This document shows, one piece after another, positions 1 through 14,300 of a stretch of 64,000 nucleotides of DNA. This DNA is from Basidiobolus meristosporus CBS 931.73 (Eukaryota > Fungi > Basidiobolomycota), in contig MCFE01000156.1 in assembly GCA_002104905.1 (NCBI GenBank), positions 87,516 through 151,515 of the forward strand, in the 5' to 3' direction. A model generated the notes under the pieces. It was not told the DNA's origin and searched no databases. It worked only from the letters and a program-made list of their open reading frames with translations. The stretch's first letter is position 1; each line of letters opens with the position of its first letter. A program made the translations under genes and the position numbers.

Positions 1-910
1 CAAATATGTTGGATATGTTTTTGCTTGATTGATACAAGTGTGGTACTGTATAGCTTTGCAATATTAGTTAGACTGCATCAGCTTCCTCAGGCAGGGTATG
101 ATCCGGATATATCCAGAGTGTGAACAATGTTTTCCCTCATTGATGATGGACTCCTGACAATTTGGACACGGTGCAATGGTAGCATTTTTGGATGTGAATT
201 CCATGCAACTGTTTACACATGCTGGAATCAGGACAGTGTCTGGATCATATGTTGCCAGTTGCATGACAGTTGTCCACTTGTATCCTGCACATGGTAAGTT
301 GCATCCTGGTATGATTTTGGCTAGAAGTAGTAATAAATCCTCAAAGCCCCCATTACTGATATTAGTGGAAACGTGCCACTTCTCTAGCCACAACACTACA
401 TCACTCACCAATAAATGGATAACTGAGCTCACTTGGCTCCATAGAGTATCCTTGGCATTGGTTTCAATAGGTGTTGTCTCATTGCCTATAGGGATTTGAC
501 TAGGCTCATATGTGGTACTGTGGTTGGGGGGACAAGTTCAAAATCTATCAGTGAACCTTCTTTGTCAGAGCTATCACTCTGCATGCCATATTCAGAAGGC
601 TGAGGTGAGCCTAAAGGTGTCACAAACTCACCTGACTCAGTTTGTGCAAGGTGACAAAGACAGCCCGGTGCCAATATAGAAGTATCATCTGCCTGGCAAG
701 TTAATGTTGATACAATAGTGATCAATGAATGGTCAAATATGACTTGGGTGGCAAAACACTGGCTGTAATCCTTGTAATACTTCCTATGATGTCTGTGTGC
801 TTCATGGCTGAGAGGCTTGCCACAATAGCCCCATGGTCTTTTTTCTCTTCTCTTATGGTGTTGAGTCAAAGTAGTCATGTCCATGTGGTAAACAGTTTGA
901 CCTTCCACCA
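1..910 (-). mobile_element. Degenerate CACTA/EnSpm-like DNA transposase remnant, continuing off the left edge
   Basis: ORF 64..432 reads ...LIPACVNSCMEF...CPNCQ...YIRIIPCLRKLM, which matches the HACPNDC..CPxC..PLIPRL segment upstream of the Tnp2 domain. ORF 486..911 has an N-terminal YCGKPLS..H..Y motif. The frame is broken by stops and shifts. Confidence 0.6.
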
Positions 911-1106
911 CATAGCACTATTATATCATTTTTTGGTCAATACTCATGTGAATTGAATACAGTCTGGTATTTGAGACATTACACCTACATGAATGTAGGA
1001 TTCAATGATGACCTGCCATAGTAAGCATTACAAATAAAGTTGTGGCACCACATACAAATATATATGTAACACTGCTTTCCCTTTGGTTTGACTCACTACC
1101 ATATAT

Positions 1107-2507
1107 TTGCCACCAAAAAATAAAGCAAAGCTGTCTGGTTACCAACTAAGCCCCACTGCTGATGGTAACAGAAGAATGGTTGGACAACAGCTTGCTTGGA
1201 CATTCAGTGCAACAAGCAGGGCTACATTCAAAAAAGGCCCTGTGGACAGTGTGCCCATTGAAGGTAAAAATGCAGACTCCTCAGGCTCTCAGTCAAGTGG
1301 GCAATTGAGAACCTCTGCAGAGCCACAAGCTGACTGTTATGCTCAGGCAGAAGAGAATGTAGCAAACACAGTACCCTCAGTTGAAGACCAGCAAGTGGCC
1401 ATGATAACATCACCACCACCCACATTAACAAGTATGTGCTCATACCAAAGCATTAATGAAGCAATTAGGTGCAGTGGCTGATAGGATAGATGTGATGGCC
1501 CAGAAAAATCAGGAAATAGTCCAGAAACAGGATGAGTAGATAATAATTGTAGAGCAATCAATATTCTAGGTAGCAAAAGCAGTATCTTTGCTGCAAAGAA
1601 GGAACTCAAGTAGCTCAATGTCACAGCCAAGGACTGAGCCATTTCCCACTGTAACAGCAGAGGAACACTGTGCAGTCTTTGAAGCACAGCAGCAGTGCCC
1701 AAAGATTAAGCCCATAGAAAAATCTATCAAAGCATGGGAGGGAGATAATGCGGTGTTTATACCAAAGCCTAAAAATCAAAAGACATTGAAGTTCTGTGAT
1801 GCTGCTGAGTGCAATAACAAAGAGTGGGCTAGTATACAAGAGGCCATCAGAAGTTTAGCATGCCATCACCTTAAGGCTGGCATACCATGGGACCATCAGG
1901 AACTCAAGGCCAAGTAGAATCCACTTGACTTGTTCCATGAGCATTATCCTGGATTCAAATGGGCAAACAGATTTTGGGCCAGCATTGGTATGCTAAGAAA
2001 GCATCTTATGAATATCAGAAACTATCAAAGGCAGAAGAACAAGGGTGCCATGGCTAAAAACCAGCGGCTTCCTCAAGAGCCCATTATAAGCAGGGCCAAA
2101 AGCTTCAGACAAGCATCAGAGACATCAGGCAGCTGGAAGTGTACCAATTAGGGACAAGCAGGCAGACACAGATGCACCAGCACAACATTTATCAAGGAAA
2201 AAGTGTAGTACCACTCAAGAAGCATCCAGTCAATGTAGCAGTGAAGGACCTGGCAGCAATAGAAACTAGCCGCTTTTACAGGAGCGTGTTGCAACTACAG
2301 CTGAGAGCTCAAAACAAGCGGAAAAGAAATGTCAGGTTGCCAGAAGAGTGCCAGCAAGGGACAAGCAGGCCAAAACAGATGCGTCAGAGCAGAATTTATC
2401 AAGGAGAAAGCGTAGTTCTTTACAAGAAGCACCCAGACAAATTAGCAGTGAAAGACCCGGCAGTGATAAAGGAAAAGGTAAAGGGAAAAAGGTCTATCCA
2501 AGCCTAA
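1107..2507 (+). pseudogene. Decayed intronless ORF divergent from the transposase; probable second gene of the same element
   Basis: ORFs 1588..1917 and 1930..2151 are in one frame, split by a single TAG. It carries a W..Q....F..YP.......W...L...L.N-type segment. The sequence is CpG-depleted. Confidence 0.45.
2150..2470 (+). repeat. Direct duplication of ~115 bp with a 207-bp offset
   Basis: agggacaagcaggc...atttatcaagga...agaagca.ccag...agcagtgaa.gacc.ggcag starts at both 2150 and 2357. Confidence 0.8.
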
Positions 2508-3205
2508 GACAGGGAGGCATGCAAAGAAACCGCAGTTCTTGCCAATTAGCACCACAAGCCAGGAACAGACTGAATCCCATCATAGCCAAGAAGAATTATC
2601 AACAAGAAAACAGCTGTTTTCACAAGAATTGGAAGTGCTGTGATGGTGTGTAAGTCCAAGGGAGAGATACATCCAACACTTCTCAAGTGTTTTGTGTGTG
2701 GGGTGTTCACTGGGTGCAACAACCTCTAGCAAAAGCTTGCTAGGAATACTTGGGTTCTGTCTCTAATCTAATGTGATGGGGAACAAAGCCATAAGCTTGT
2801 CAAGGGAAAACTATTGAGCTACAATCCCCAACTTAGTTGGCATCATAACAAAAGTATGTGCTGGGTTCAGCATCCTTTGAGATGACATTGTACTAAAGCT
2901 TTCAAGGTCAAAACAGCTGTAAGCTCCACCAGCAGGGACTTGATAAGAATGCAGCTGTGGTCAATAGTTATAATGACAGAAGAGTGTCTTTGCCTGTACA
3001 AGAACAAACTTGGGAAAGAATCAAATATAATAAAAGATACCTACTCTGAGTATTCCTCACAAGTAGTGCCTCCAAGGTCAGTTGGCTGTCAGCATGGTTT
3101 CCTGGGAGTGTCCTGTGGTCTGGGGTTGGAAGTTCAGGTAGCAGCAGGTAGCAGTGATCACACTAATCATCAAGTCAGTATGTTGATGAAAGGGATGATG
3201 ATTTA

Positions 3206-3399
3206 TTGTTGAGGGATAGCCTCCCTTATATACTTTGCTTATTGACTAAGTGATTACTAATCATGGTGTTTTCAAAGGTTCTGGATATGAATAGAAATCT
3301 TAATGACATCAGAATGACCTAAGAATGTTCTAAGTAGGTGCCAGAAGGTTCTAAGAGGCACAGCACATCCAACCAATCAGGAATCAGTACTCTGAAACC
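3206..3399 (+). repeat. Possible LTR fragment of an unrelated gypsy family
   Basis: Begins TGTTGAGGG and has repeated (g)ttctaag / gaaggttct motifs. No partner LTR is visible. Confidence 0.3.
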
Positions 3400-3708
3400 T
3401 GTGTAACATGGGGATACCAGATATGGTATGGAAATGGTAGGGATGGTGATATGGGTTGATTGTGTGTCACAGGTACTGGCGTGGGTACTTGCCTAATATA
3501 GAAGCACTTGCTGCTAGTAATCTTACATAAAGTAGGGGATAACTTATGCCATAAGGTAGCAGGTGTGATAGTCAACTGGCTTATGGGATAGTACTGATCA
3601 GGCAAGACAAATGGGATAAAACTAAAATAAGGGTAGTAGAGAAATAAGGAAGTAGAAAATATAGGAATGAGCACATCTGTCAGTGGGTGTTACTGTGACC
3701 CCACTACA
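3400..3708 (-). repeat. 3' LTR of the gypsy element (~305 bp)
   Basis: On the minus strand the purine tract GAGAGAGGGGTGAA (3709-3722) precedes TGTAGTGGGG at 3708, and the LTR ends ...TTACA(CA) near 3400. Confidence 0.7.
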
Positions 3709-6700
3709 TTCACCCCTCTCTCAGCTTTGAGCTTGGGTCAAAGCAAACTAGTTTTGATATGCAAAACTGTTATGCTTGAATAACTTAAGTTGGTTTCCTG
3801 CAACTGGTGCTCTCAGCTGGGTGTTATCAAGCTCAGATATGTAGTAGCTTCCATTTCCAATCACCTTGAAAATGAGGCAGGGGCCACTCTATTTGTTGTC
3901 AAACTTCCAACTCCATTGTTTGTCCAAGGTGGAGTCATAGAGTGATACCGGGTCTCCTAGTGATAGTGGTTTTGATCTTGTTGTGTGTGATTTGTCAAAG
4001 GGCACTTTGTTTTTTAGTTGTGTATCCTTAAGTTGTTCAGCAGCTCTGTTGAGATTCAAGTCCTGGTGATCAAGTTGCTGTATGCAAGTTGCAAGGAGGT
4101 CTTCAGTCTGCACATTGGATCTCCAATTCAATGAGTTCCAGGTGACTGTATTTAACTCAACTGGTAGTATGCAGTCATGTCCATAGAGTAGCCCAAATGG
4201 TGATAATCCAGTTGTTCTCTTGGTAGTAATTCTATCTTCCCAGAGTGCAAGATGTAATTGCTGTGGCCACAGTATTGCATTATTCTCACAGGTCTTGACA
4301 AGAGAGTTCACAAATGGTCCATGTCCTCTCTCTATCATTCCATTGGCATGAGGGTGGTAAGCTATAGTAAAAGCAATGTGTATCTTGTACTATGAGTGCA
4401 GCTCCTGGATCATTAGGGATGTCATCTCTTCTCTCACAGCAACAAGCTGCCAGATGCAGCCAAATCTACAGATAATGTCCTCATGTAAAAATCTCCATAT
4501 GGTATAACTCTTGTTGTTGGGTAAAGCTCAAGCCTCTGCCCATCCACTAAGGTCATCTCTAGCAACAATCAGGTACTTCTTTGATCCAGATGTTGGCATG
4601 TGGACAAGGTCAATACCTACCTTTTTCCATAAACAGATTGCGTAATTAGGATGCAGTAGTTCTTCATAATGCTTAAAGGATCTCTTCTGGCAGGCTACAC
4701 ATGACTCAACAAAGTGTTGAATATCATAGTACATGTTTTCCCAGTAGTACCTCTGAGCAGTGGTGTTGTAGGTAGCTTCTTGACCTCTATGTCCTTCTGG
4801 TTCTCCTTGGTGGATACTTGTCATGATGCTCAGTTGCTCTTGTGGGGTAGTGACTACTCTTCTTGGAATATGTCCAGGCTTCACTCATTTAAAGAGAAGA
4901 TCATCTTTGAGATAGTAGTAGTGTTCCTTCTTTCTGAGTTTCCTAAACTCTTGAATTTCCATCCAACTAGGCTTCTTGAGTGTCCTTAGATATTCCTTGA
5001 TCAGACCCCAGGTAGTTCTCTGTTGGTCTTTGGTGGCAATCTGTTGGATCTCTGCATCAATGATATCATCAAAGTGAGGGTCCAATTCTTCAAATAATTG
5101 TGGTCCCTTACTGGAGAGTGCATCAGCCACAACATTTGTCTTGCCAGGGACATGTCTGACCTCAAAGTCAAACATTTTCAGCCATGCCATCCATTGGCTT
5201 GTGGCATCATCAGGTATGTCAGGCTTGTTGATCATTCCTTTAAGTGGCTTGGCATCTGTCTCCAGGATGAAATGTGTCATGTAGAGTTGTGACTTCAGCT
5301 TCCTCAGTATCTTCATAACTCCTAGTAGTGCTCTCTTAATCTGTGGGTATCTTTGTTCTCTAGGAGAGAATAGGCAGCTTTCATATCTGCTGGTATAGCA
5401 GTTGCCATCTTCATCATCTTGGCCAAGTAGTGCCCCAGCTCCTATAGGGCTTGCATCCACTGTCAAAATAGGGGGACATTCAGTGCTCTGATAGTCAGGA
5501 GGTCTTAGAACTGGTGGAGACACTAAGGCCACTTTCAGTAATTGCATGGCTTCTTCTTGCTCTTCTCCCCAGATAAATGGGGTATTCTTTCTCTGTAGCT
5601 GGTAGATTGGTCCTGCCATCTCAAAAATCTTGGGATACAGATCCTAAAGAACCCACAAGCTGCCACAAAGCCATGAGCCTGTGTTAGATTTGTGAGGGTA
5701 GGCCAGTTGCATATCTTTTGTGTCTTGGAGTCTCCAGGTGAACAATCAAAGGTGTTGCATTTTTGTCCAACAATGGATATATCTGATACACCAAAGCTGC
5801 TTTTCTCTCCACTGATGGTGAGTTCAGCTTCTTCAACGGCTTGTAATATGGTATCATTGTCTGAAATATGGTCATAGACAAGCTTTCTTACTCCAGGCAT
5901 AACTTCAGTTGTCTCCCAGAGTTTTGGGCCTTTGATGCCTATGTCATCAACAAAGACAGCAAGCTTCTCAGGTATAAAATGGTACAGTACACTCACCATG
6001 CATCTCTGGAACTGAGCTATGGAGCTTGTAGCCCCTTGACTGAGTCTTGTCATCCTTAACAGTCCAAATGGTGTCTGGAGTGCACACATATTTCTTGATA
6101 TCTCATCAAGGAGGATCTGGTCATATCCTGAGTAGATATCATATGTTGAGTAGATGGAGTGGCCACTAAAGCTTTCTGCAAAGTCATCAGTAGATGGAGG
6201 TATAGCAGCATCTTTAATAGTGGCAGCATTTGCAGGTTGCATGTCTTGAATGAATTGGAGCTTTCCATTCTTCTATTTGGTCACAAACCATCTGTTAGCA
6301 TAAGGTCCATAGCAAGGTTCTAGGATACCAGCTTCTATCTTCTTCTTAAGTAGGTCATGCACATCAGCTTGGAGTCCTCTGGGCAGTGAGTAGGGCTTAA
6401 ATGACCAGGGTGTGTGGGTCACTGTATGAATCTTGATAGGTTCTTCAACCAATGTCTTTAAGAGTCTCATCTCCTTGTCATTATATGAGAAGACCTTATC
6501 ATGCCTTTTCAAGGTTTCTTCAAATAATGGTATCTCCTCTGGTGTTTGGTTTCTATCACCAATGGTAAGTTGTTTAAGTCTCTCAGGTGTAAGTTGTATA
6601 TCACCTGGTGTTCCTTCTGGTGGTCTAATGTAATCAGCAGGTTGAGATCCATCAGTCAGAGGTGTAAGTGATGGTCTAATCTTCTGTTCTACCGTCATGT

Positions 6701-6750
6701 ATTTTGTGTGAGCCATACCTGTCAGTGGGTGTCACTGTGACCCCACTACA
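3400..6750 (-). mobile_element. Degenerate Ty3/gypsy LTR retrotransposon with pol only (RT, RNase H, integrase); gag is deleted
   Basis: RT motifs DIYSGYDQI, TPFG, QGAT and VFVDD; RNase H LTVDAS and ETDAKPL; integrase H..GH.G zinc-binding region and core; several frameshifts. The RT-RH-INT order is that of gypsy. Confidence 0.9.
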
Positions 6751-7589
6751 GCGCAGCCAGTTGAGCTACACTGCGGCAAAGTAGATGAGTCTGAAAGAGG
6801 CAACTTGACTACCGCAGCCTCCACTTCCTACATTGTTGAGAGAGTGGAGATTCCACTGACAGATAAGGCTACAACATCAAGAGCTTGAAAGGCTATATCA
6901 GTGCCTTCAGTGGAATTTTGGATTATTAATAGGCACACCACAAGGTTGCAGCACTTCTTCAAGAGCAGTGCTCAAGAAATCCACTTGAATAGTGCAAGGA
7001 TTTATTGCAAAAACTGGCAGGTGAGGTGCTAGACTTTGCAGTGCCAGCTGAAGACCAGGATATGTGGGAACCAGTGAACAAACAGTGACATAAAGCTGTT
7101 GGGTTCCTGCCAAAGTTGTGGAACCATAGCCTTACTGCAGACATACTTATTGAGTGGTGGATTTTAATAAAGTTACTTGTTGAGTGTGGGGTTAGGCTTA
7201 ATGTTAGCATAGGGCATAGGGACTTGCATAGGTCAATACAATCGGCAATTGAGGTACAACTGAAGTTTCTATAAAAATAAATCAATTTGTACACATGAAA
7301 AGTAAGAGAAACAGTTGAGTCAGGAAGTAAGGAGTGTGAAAAAGAAGCAATAGCCAATCAATGCACACAAACATAGGAGGCAATAGAGTCCCAGGATCAG
7401 AAAGTGAGCAAATTGGCAGGGAACCAATTAAAAGTCACTTATATGTTGTTGTGATGAAAAATTTTGACCAAGTTTTTTGTGAAATCTGTGGTGCAGTTAT
7501 TTTCAGTGGTCTCTGTAAGGTGTCCTGACAAAATCAGAACCTCTTAGTCACAGGACTTTAATTTTTTGATGGCCTTTTGACAGGATCAT

Positions 7590-7826
7590 CACAATAATTT
7601 CTCACAGCAAAAGTATAAATACATGAAAATGCTCAAAGTGGTCCAAACAGCCCCAGACTTTGCACACATATTCTGGGACCATCCTTAACCTATTTTCTGT
7701 GTCTGTTATGCCAAGACCATGTAAAAGTATAATTACTACTGTTACATTCAATATAATATTAAGTGAAAACCATAAAATCATCTTGGGCTCCCAATCACTT
7801 CCAATATCTCCAAGACTCTTACAACA
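7590..7826 (+). repeat. 3' part of a copia-family LTR
   Basis: Matches the 57017 LTR and ends ...CCAAGACTCTTACAACA at 7826. Confidence 0.85.
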
Positions 7827-8449
7827 GTATATATTACCACCTATACAAGGTGTATGGCAACTTTGCAAGTTCCACACTAATATGCTGCACAGTTGAGGTG
7901 ATAGAAGTATGTCAATTGTGGCAGGTGTGCATGTTTTTAGAGGCTAGTAAGCTGGAGGCCATAATATTTTTTGATTGGAACTAAATGCAGAATACCCAAG
8001 GTAGTCGTGGGTAAGCAAATAATGTGGGGTGATTCTACCATAAAGTATATCAATTTCACAAGGGCAAGTAGAAAAAGGACATACCAATTGGTAAATTAGT
8101 ATGATAGCATTACACAGAACTAGTTGTAGGTTGCCATACTGCCGTAATAGTGCCATTAAAGGCCTGCAATGAGGCTGTCAAAACACCACCAAGCTTTTGC
8201 CATATAAGGCAATTGGATGTACTGACTGGTTAGATCCACTGAAATTGTTGTAGAGTCCACTAAGACTGCTACAATGCCATGCCTCTCTTGGCAAAATACT
8301 GTACAAACACTGTTATGTTTTTAATTTTATTTGGCTGTAAAGTTTGCCACACACCATTGTGATTGCGTCATGAGACTGTGTAGATGGTCATTAATTCCAA
8401 GTTGCTGGTATTATAGTGGTCTTCTCATGGGATCTTGGTGACTCATCAA

Positions 8450-11306
8450 GACTGGATTTACCTGCTGGACCAAGTTACTTTTCATAGCCATACATCCCTG
8501 ATTATCTTCAGATAAAGTAACAGGCATGTTGACATAAGCCTAAATCTTTAAGAATCTTTGTTAACCATGTTGCCTCTCCTGTAGCTTCACAGTCTGCCAT
8601 ATACTCTGCCTCTGTGGTAGACAGTGCTAAAGTTGGTTGTTTACATAAATTTCATTAAATTGCTCCTTCACAGTAAAGAAAGGTTTATGCTGTGGTATAC
8701 CTTCTGTCTTCTAGATTTTGTCTCCAATGAGCATCAGAGTATCCCATAAGATCTTGTTCTGAATCCTTATAGGTGAGCTTTAAGCAGATATCAGCAGTTC
8801 CTTTTATTTATTTAAAAATCCACTTAACTGCCACTATATGATCAGATCCATAGTTCTGATAATGCTAGCTGATATCCCCCACTTAATATGTTATATCTGG
8901 GCATGTTCCAAGCAAAATATACATCAGACTGCTGGCCATAGGTTGGTAAGGAAAGTTGGGGGTCTCAGATGGCACCAAGCTCTCCTAATTTGGTTGAGTT
9001 TACACAAAGTTAAGGTTTGTCTCCAATGGGGTAGCTGCCAATTTACTGTCTTTCATTTAGTGCCTCTTTAATATATCTTGAATATACTTGGATTGGCTTA
9101 GGGTCATAGTCTGGGTATTTCTGTCTGTGGAGAAATTTACTCTTTAGTAGTAACAAAGTTTCCTAGATCAGACAACTTGAACTCTTTAGATAGGCTAGGC
9201 TTAATCTCTTACAATGCTTCTAGGTTATTGGTGGCAATAATAAGATCATCCACATATAGAGCTGATAGAGTTGGATTTGCTCTATCTGGCTGATGATATA
9301 TAGTATAGTCAGCTATACTCCTTTTGAAACTTAAAGATTCCAAATAAGGATCTATTTTGCAATTCCGGGCTCTTGGTGATTGTTTGAGTCAATAGAGAGA
9401 CTTGTTCAGCTTGCAGACAAAATGGTGGCTATCTTGGTCAGCAAACCCATCAGGCTGGCTTATTTACATGTCCTCTTCAAGTATTCCTTTGAAAAATTCA
9501 GCTTTTAACTCCATTTCATGTATAAGAAGTGTATATTTGGCAGCAATAGCCAATAATAATCTGATGGATTTAAGCTTGGCTACAAGTGCAAAGGTCTTAG
9601 TGTAGTCAAGACCTCTTGTTTGAGGGTATCCTTTGGCCACATGTCTTGCTTTGTAACCTTCAATATTACCATCAGCCTTGTATTTTCTCTTAAAGACCCA
9701 TCAGCATCCAATTAACTTCTGATTGATTGGTAGCTTGATTCAGTCCCAAGTTTGATTTTCTATTAAGGCCTGATATTCTCCAGTCTTTGCAGATCTTCAA
9801 AACTTTGTCTGAGGGCTATTTGGGGCCACTTTTACAGTATGGAGCTCAGCAATATGGACTGAATAGGCATAGGCTAGGTTTGCATCATCATAGATATAGT
9901 AATTTGAGCTATTTGTTATCTGGTTTAATCTCTGGGCATTTGATACTGGAATGATCACCCCTAGGATATTCCTGGGCACTGCCTCAAGCTGAACCATGGT
10001 TGTAGAGTCCTCAGGAGTGAGAAAGTCTCATTATTTTGCTGGGATCAATCCTGATAATTGATGGACTTGAGATCAGATATTTGTCATCAACTGATGCCAT
10101 TTCTGTTAAAGTCTTGACTTTTCATCATACAACACATCCCTAGGCTTGATCAGCTTCTTTACTTTGGTATTGCAGAGTCTGCATGCTTTACTCTCATTGC
10201 AGTAGCCCAAAACATGCATTTCATACTTTTTGGCTCAAATATTAACTGATTTCCAGGCAGTTTCTTGACATATGCTGCGCACCCAAATACTCCTATATGT
10301 TATGCACTTAGTCTGTATCCATACCATGCTTCTACTGGAGCAGAATCACAAAGTATTCTGTTATAGCTCCTATTTTCAAAGTATACAGCTATGGCAACTG
10401 AATCTGTCCAAGAATCATAGGATTTTTTCGATCATGGATCATAGTTCTGGCCATATCAATTATTAATCTGTTTGCATGTTTGACTAATCCACTCTGCTGA
10501 TGGAAATATGGTCCAGTAATCTCTTGCTTCATCCCGTGAATTATGCAGCAGTGAATGAAGAGTTTTGAGATATATTCTCTACCACTGTCTGAGCATATTT
10601 TTCTGATTTTTTCACCAGTTTCTCTCTACTGTAACTCTAAACTCCCTGAGCTTAGACACAGCTTCTTTCTTTTGCTCCATGAAGTAGGCCCATGTGTATC
10701 TTGTATAATCATCAATAAAAGTGGTTAAATGCTTCATCCCACCTAAGGATAAATTTTGCATAGGTCCACACAGAGCAAGTGAATTACATCTAATTTTTTC
10801 TTAGTTTTGATTAGCCCAGAGCTCTTGAATGGTTGTTGGGCTTGTTTCCCATATATGCAGGCTTCACAGTGCTTTAAATTAGCTGGGAGATCAGTTTTTA
10901 CTCTAGAAATTAGCTGATCTCTGATCATTTTGCACAAATAATCAAATTGATGTGTCCAAATCTCCTGTGCCAAAGCATTGGGGTTTTTTCATTCAAGTCA
11001 ATAGTATTGGCTTCCAGATATGATGGAATATATGTCAAATTATACAGATTCAGATTGTTGATACCCAAAGCAATATGAGTACCATTTTGATCAGTGGTCC
11101 TGTATCCAGAGATATCAAAGCTGATATTGAGTCCTTCTGCTGCGGCCTTGCTTATATATGGTAGGTTCTTAGCTATTTCTGGTCCATAGAGTACTTCTTA
11201 ATGGTTGGTGGATAGCTTCCTTTGCTGCTATTAAAGCTTACTTGGATAGTTCCTTCTCCCACTGCATCATGTGTTTTGTTATCACCCATGAAAACCTTCA
11301 TGATTG
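8450..11306 (-). mobile_element. Degenerate Ty1/copia pol remnant (integrase, RT, RNase H), cut at 11306 by another copy's LTR
   Basis: Collinear with the intact copia at 57017-61703 (CEACIYGKQAQQPF and RT/RH segments), with many stops and indels. Confidence 0.9.
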
Positions 11307-14300
11307 TGTTGTAAGAGTCTTGGAGATATTGGAAGTGATTTGGGAGAACAAGTAGATTATGTGGTTTTCACTTAATGATTTATGGAATGTAAAAGTAGTA
11401 TTTATACTTTTACCTGGTCCTGGCATAACAAACAGGTAGAAAACGCTAAGGAATGTCCTAACAACATGTGGGCAAAGTTTGGAGTTGTTTGGACAACTTT
11501 GAGAATTTTCATGTTCTGGGTACCTGGTATTTTGGTGTAAATATTCTAGGTAAATCCCAACAAGGAATTTGGTCAGTATACTCTAGGATTTGAAGGTAAT
11601 GCTCTAATTGACTAAGTAAGGTGAATATTTAGGTGGAATTCCATATTTTTACAACACTCCCACTCAGCTAAATGTTCATACTGACTAGTCCTAATTTTGA
11701 CCTAAGATATTCAAACTTGTCTCTAGCTAATGGTTTGGTAAACATGTCTGCAATTATTTCATCTGTAGGACAGTAAGCTAAGCTAACTAAGTTATTCTCT
11801 ATGGCTTCACATATGAAATGATGTCTAATATCTATGTGCTTGGTTCTAGCATGAAAAGTTGGATTTCTACCTAATAGTATACATCCTTGATTATCTTGAA
11901 ACAAAGTAATAGGTGTTTTTTGACGTAGGCCTAAATCTGTAAAAAGCTTTCATAACCACATTACTTCTTTTGTAGCTTCACAGGCTGCCATGTACTCTGC
12001 CTCTGTGGTAGAAAGTGCTACGGTTGGTTGCTTTCTTGAATTCCATGAAATTGCTCCTTTACAGCAAAGAAAGGTGTATCCTGTGGTGGATCTTCTGTCT
12101 TTCAAATTTTGTCCCTAATCAGCATGAGAGTATCCCACAAGATCCTGTCCTGAGTCCTTATAGGTGTATCTTAAGCAGATATCTGCAGTTCCTTTTAGGT
12201 ATCTAAAAATCTGCTTAACTGCTGCAATATGATTAGATCCATAGTTCTGATTATGTTGGCTGACAACTCCCACTGAATATGAGATATCTGGACATGCTCC
12301 ATGCATGGTATACATGAGACTGCCAACCATGGACTGATAAGGAAGGTCAGGGCTTTCAGATTGCACCAAGCTCTCTTGATTTGGTTGAGTTTTGACCAAG
12401 TTAAGGTTTGTCTCCATTGGGGTTGCTGCTGGTTTACAGTCTTCCATTTGGTATATCTTGAGTATACCTTGAATATACTTGGATTTGCTTAGGGCAATGG
12501 TCTGGGTACTTCTGTCTATGGAGAACTTAATCCCTAAGTAGTAACTGAGTTCTCCTATATCAGACATCTTGAACTCCTTAGATAGACTGGATATAGTCTC
12601 TTCCAATGTTTCTAGTTTAATTGTGGCAATGATAAGATCATCCACATATAGAGCTGATAGAGCTGGATATGCTCATTCTGGCTGATGATATATAGTATAG
12701 TCAGCTATACTCCTTTTGAAACTAAAAGATTGCAAATAAGCATCTATTTTGCAATTCCAGGCTCTTGGTGATTGTTTGAGTCAATAGAGAGACTTGCTCA
12801 GCTTACAGGCAAAATGGGGTTATCTTGGTCAACAAACCCATCAGGCTGGCTCATATGCATGTTCTCTGCAAGTTGTTCATTCAAAAATGCAGCTTTTAAC
12901 TCCATTTGATGTATAAAAAGTGTATATTTGGCAGCAATAGCCAATAATAATTTGATGGTTTTAAGCTTGGCTACAAGTGCAAAGGTCTCAGTGTAGTCAA
13001 GTCCTGTTATTTCAGGGTATCCTTTGGCCATATGTCTTGCTTTGTACCCTTCAATGTTACCATCAGCCTTGTATTTGGTCTTAAGGACCCATCAGCATCC
13101 AATCAATTTTTGGTTGATTGGTAGTTTGGTAAAGTCCCAAGTTTGATTTTCCATTAGGGCTTGATATTCCCTAGTCCTTACAGATCTCCAAAACTTTGTC
13201 TGAGGGCTATTTAGGGCCTCTTTTACAGTCTGGGGCTCATCAATATGGACGGAATAGGCATAGGCTAAGTTTGTATCATCATTGATATAGTAATTTGGGC
13301 TATTTGTTGTCTGGTTGGATCTCTGGGCATTTGATAGTGGAATGATCACCTCTGGGATATTCCTGGGAGCTGCCTCAAGCTTAACTATGGTAATTGAGTC
13401 CTCTGGAGTGAGAAAATTGCATTGTTTTGCTCTGATTCAATCCTGACAACTGATAGACTTGAGATCAGATATTTGTCATCATCAGATGTCTTGTTGAATA
13501 TTCATCAAGCAACATATCCCTGGACTTGATCAGTTCTTTGCTTTGGTATTGTAGAGTCTGTATGCTTTACTATCATTGAAGTAGCTCAAAAATATGCATT
13601 TCTCACTTTCTGGCTCATATTTTAACTGATTTCCAAGCAGTTTCTTGGCATATGCTGTACACCCAAAAAACTCTGAGAGGTTCTGCACTTGGTCTGTATC
13701 CATCACATGCTTCATTTGCAGTAGAATCACCAATTATTCTGTTATAACTCCTATTTTCAAGGTATAAAGCAGTGGCAACTGATTGCACCCAAGCATCATA
13801 GGATTTTTTTTGATCATAGATCATAGATCTAGCCAGGTGCATTATTGATCTATTTACATGCCCTACTACTGCACTTTGCTGTGAGGAATATGGTACAGTA
13901 GTCTCTTGCTTCATCCCATGAATTTTGCTGAAGTGGATGAGGAGTTTTGAGGTATATTCTCCACCACTGTCTGAGCATATTTTTCTGATTTTTTCACCAG
14001 TTTCTCTCCACAGTGACTTTAAACTCCCTATGCTTAGACACAGCTTCTTCCTTTCTCTCCATGAAGTAGGCCCATGTGTATCTTGTATATTCTTCAATAA
14101 AAGTGGTTAAATGCTTCATCCCACCTAAGGATAAATTTGGCATAGGTCCACACAGAGCTGAGTGAATTAGATCTAAGTTTTCTTAGTTTTGATTAGCCCA
14201 GAGCTCTTGAATGGTTGTTGGGCTTGTTTCCCATGTATGCAGGCTTCACAGTGCTCTAAATTAGCTGGGATATCAGTTTTTACTCTAGAAATTAGCTGAT

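Noticed and set aside
6751-6782. tRNA or SINE head (minus strand TGTAGCTCAACTGG resembles an A-box)
   Set aside because: No B-box, anticodon arm or cloverleaf follows.
6780-7520. ORFs 6907..7113 and 6959..7357
   Set aside because: CpG-depleted repeat-like DNA with no recognisable domain; probably an unidentified TE relic.
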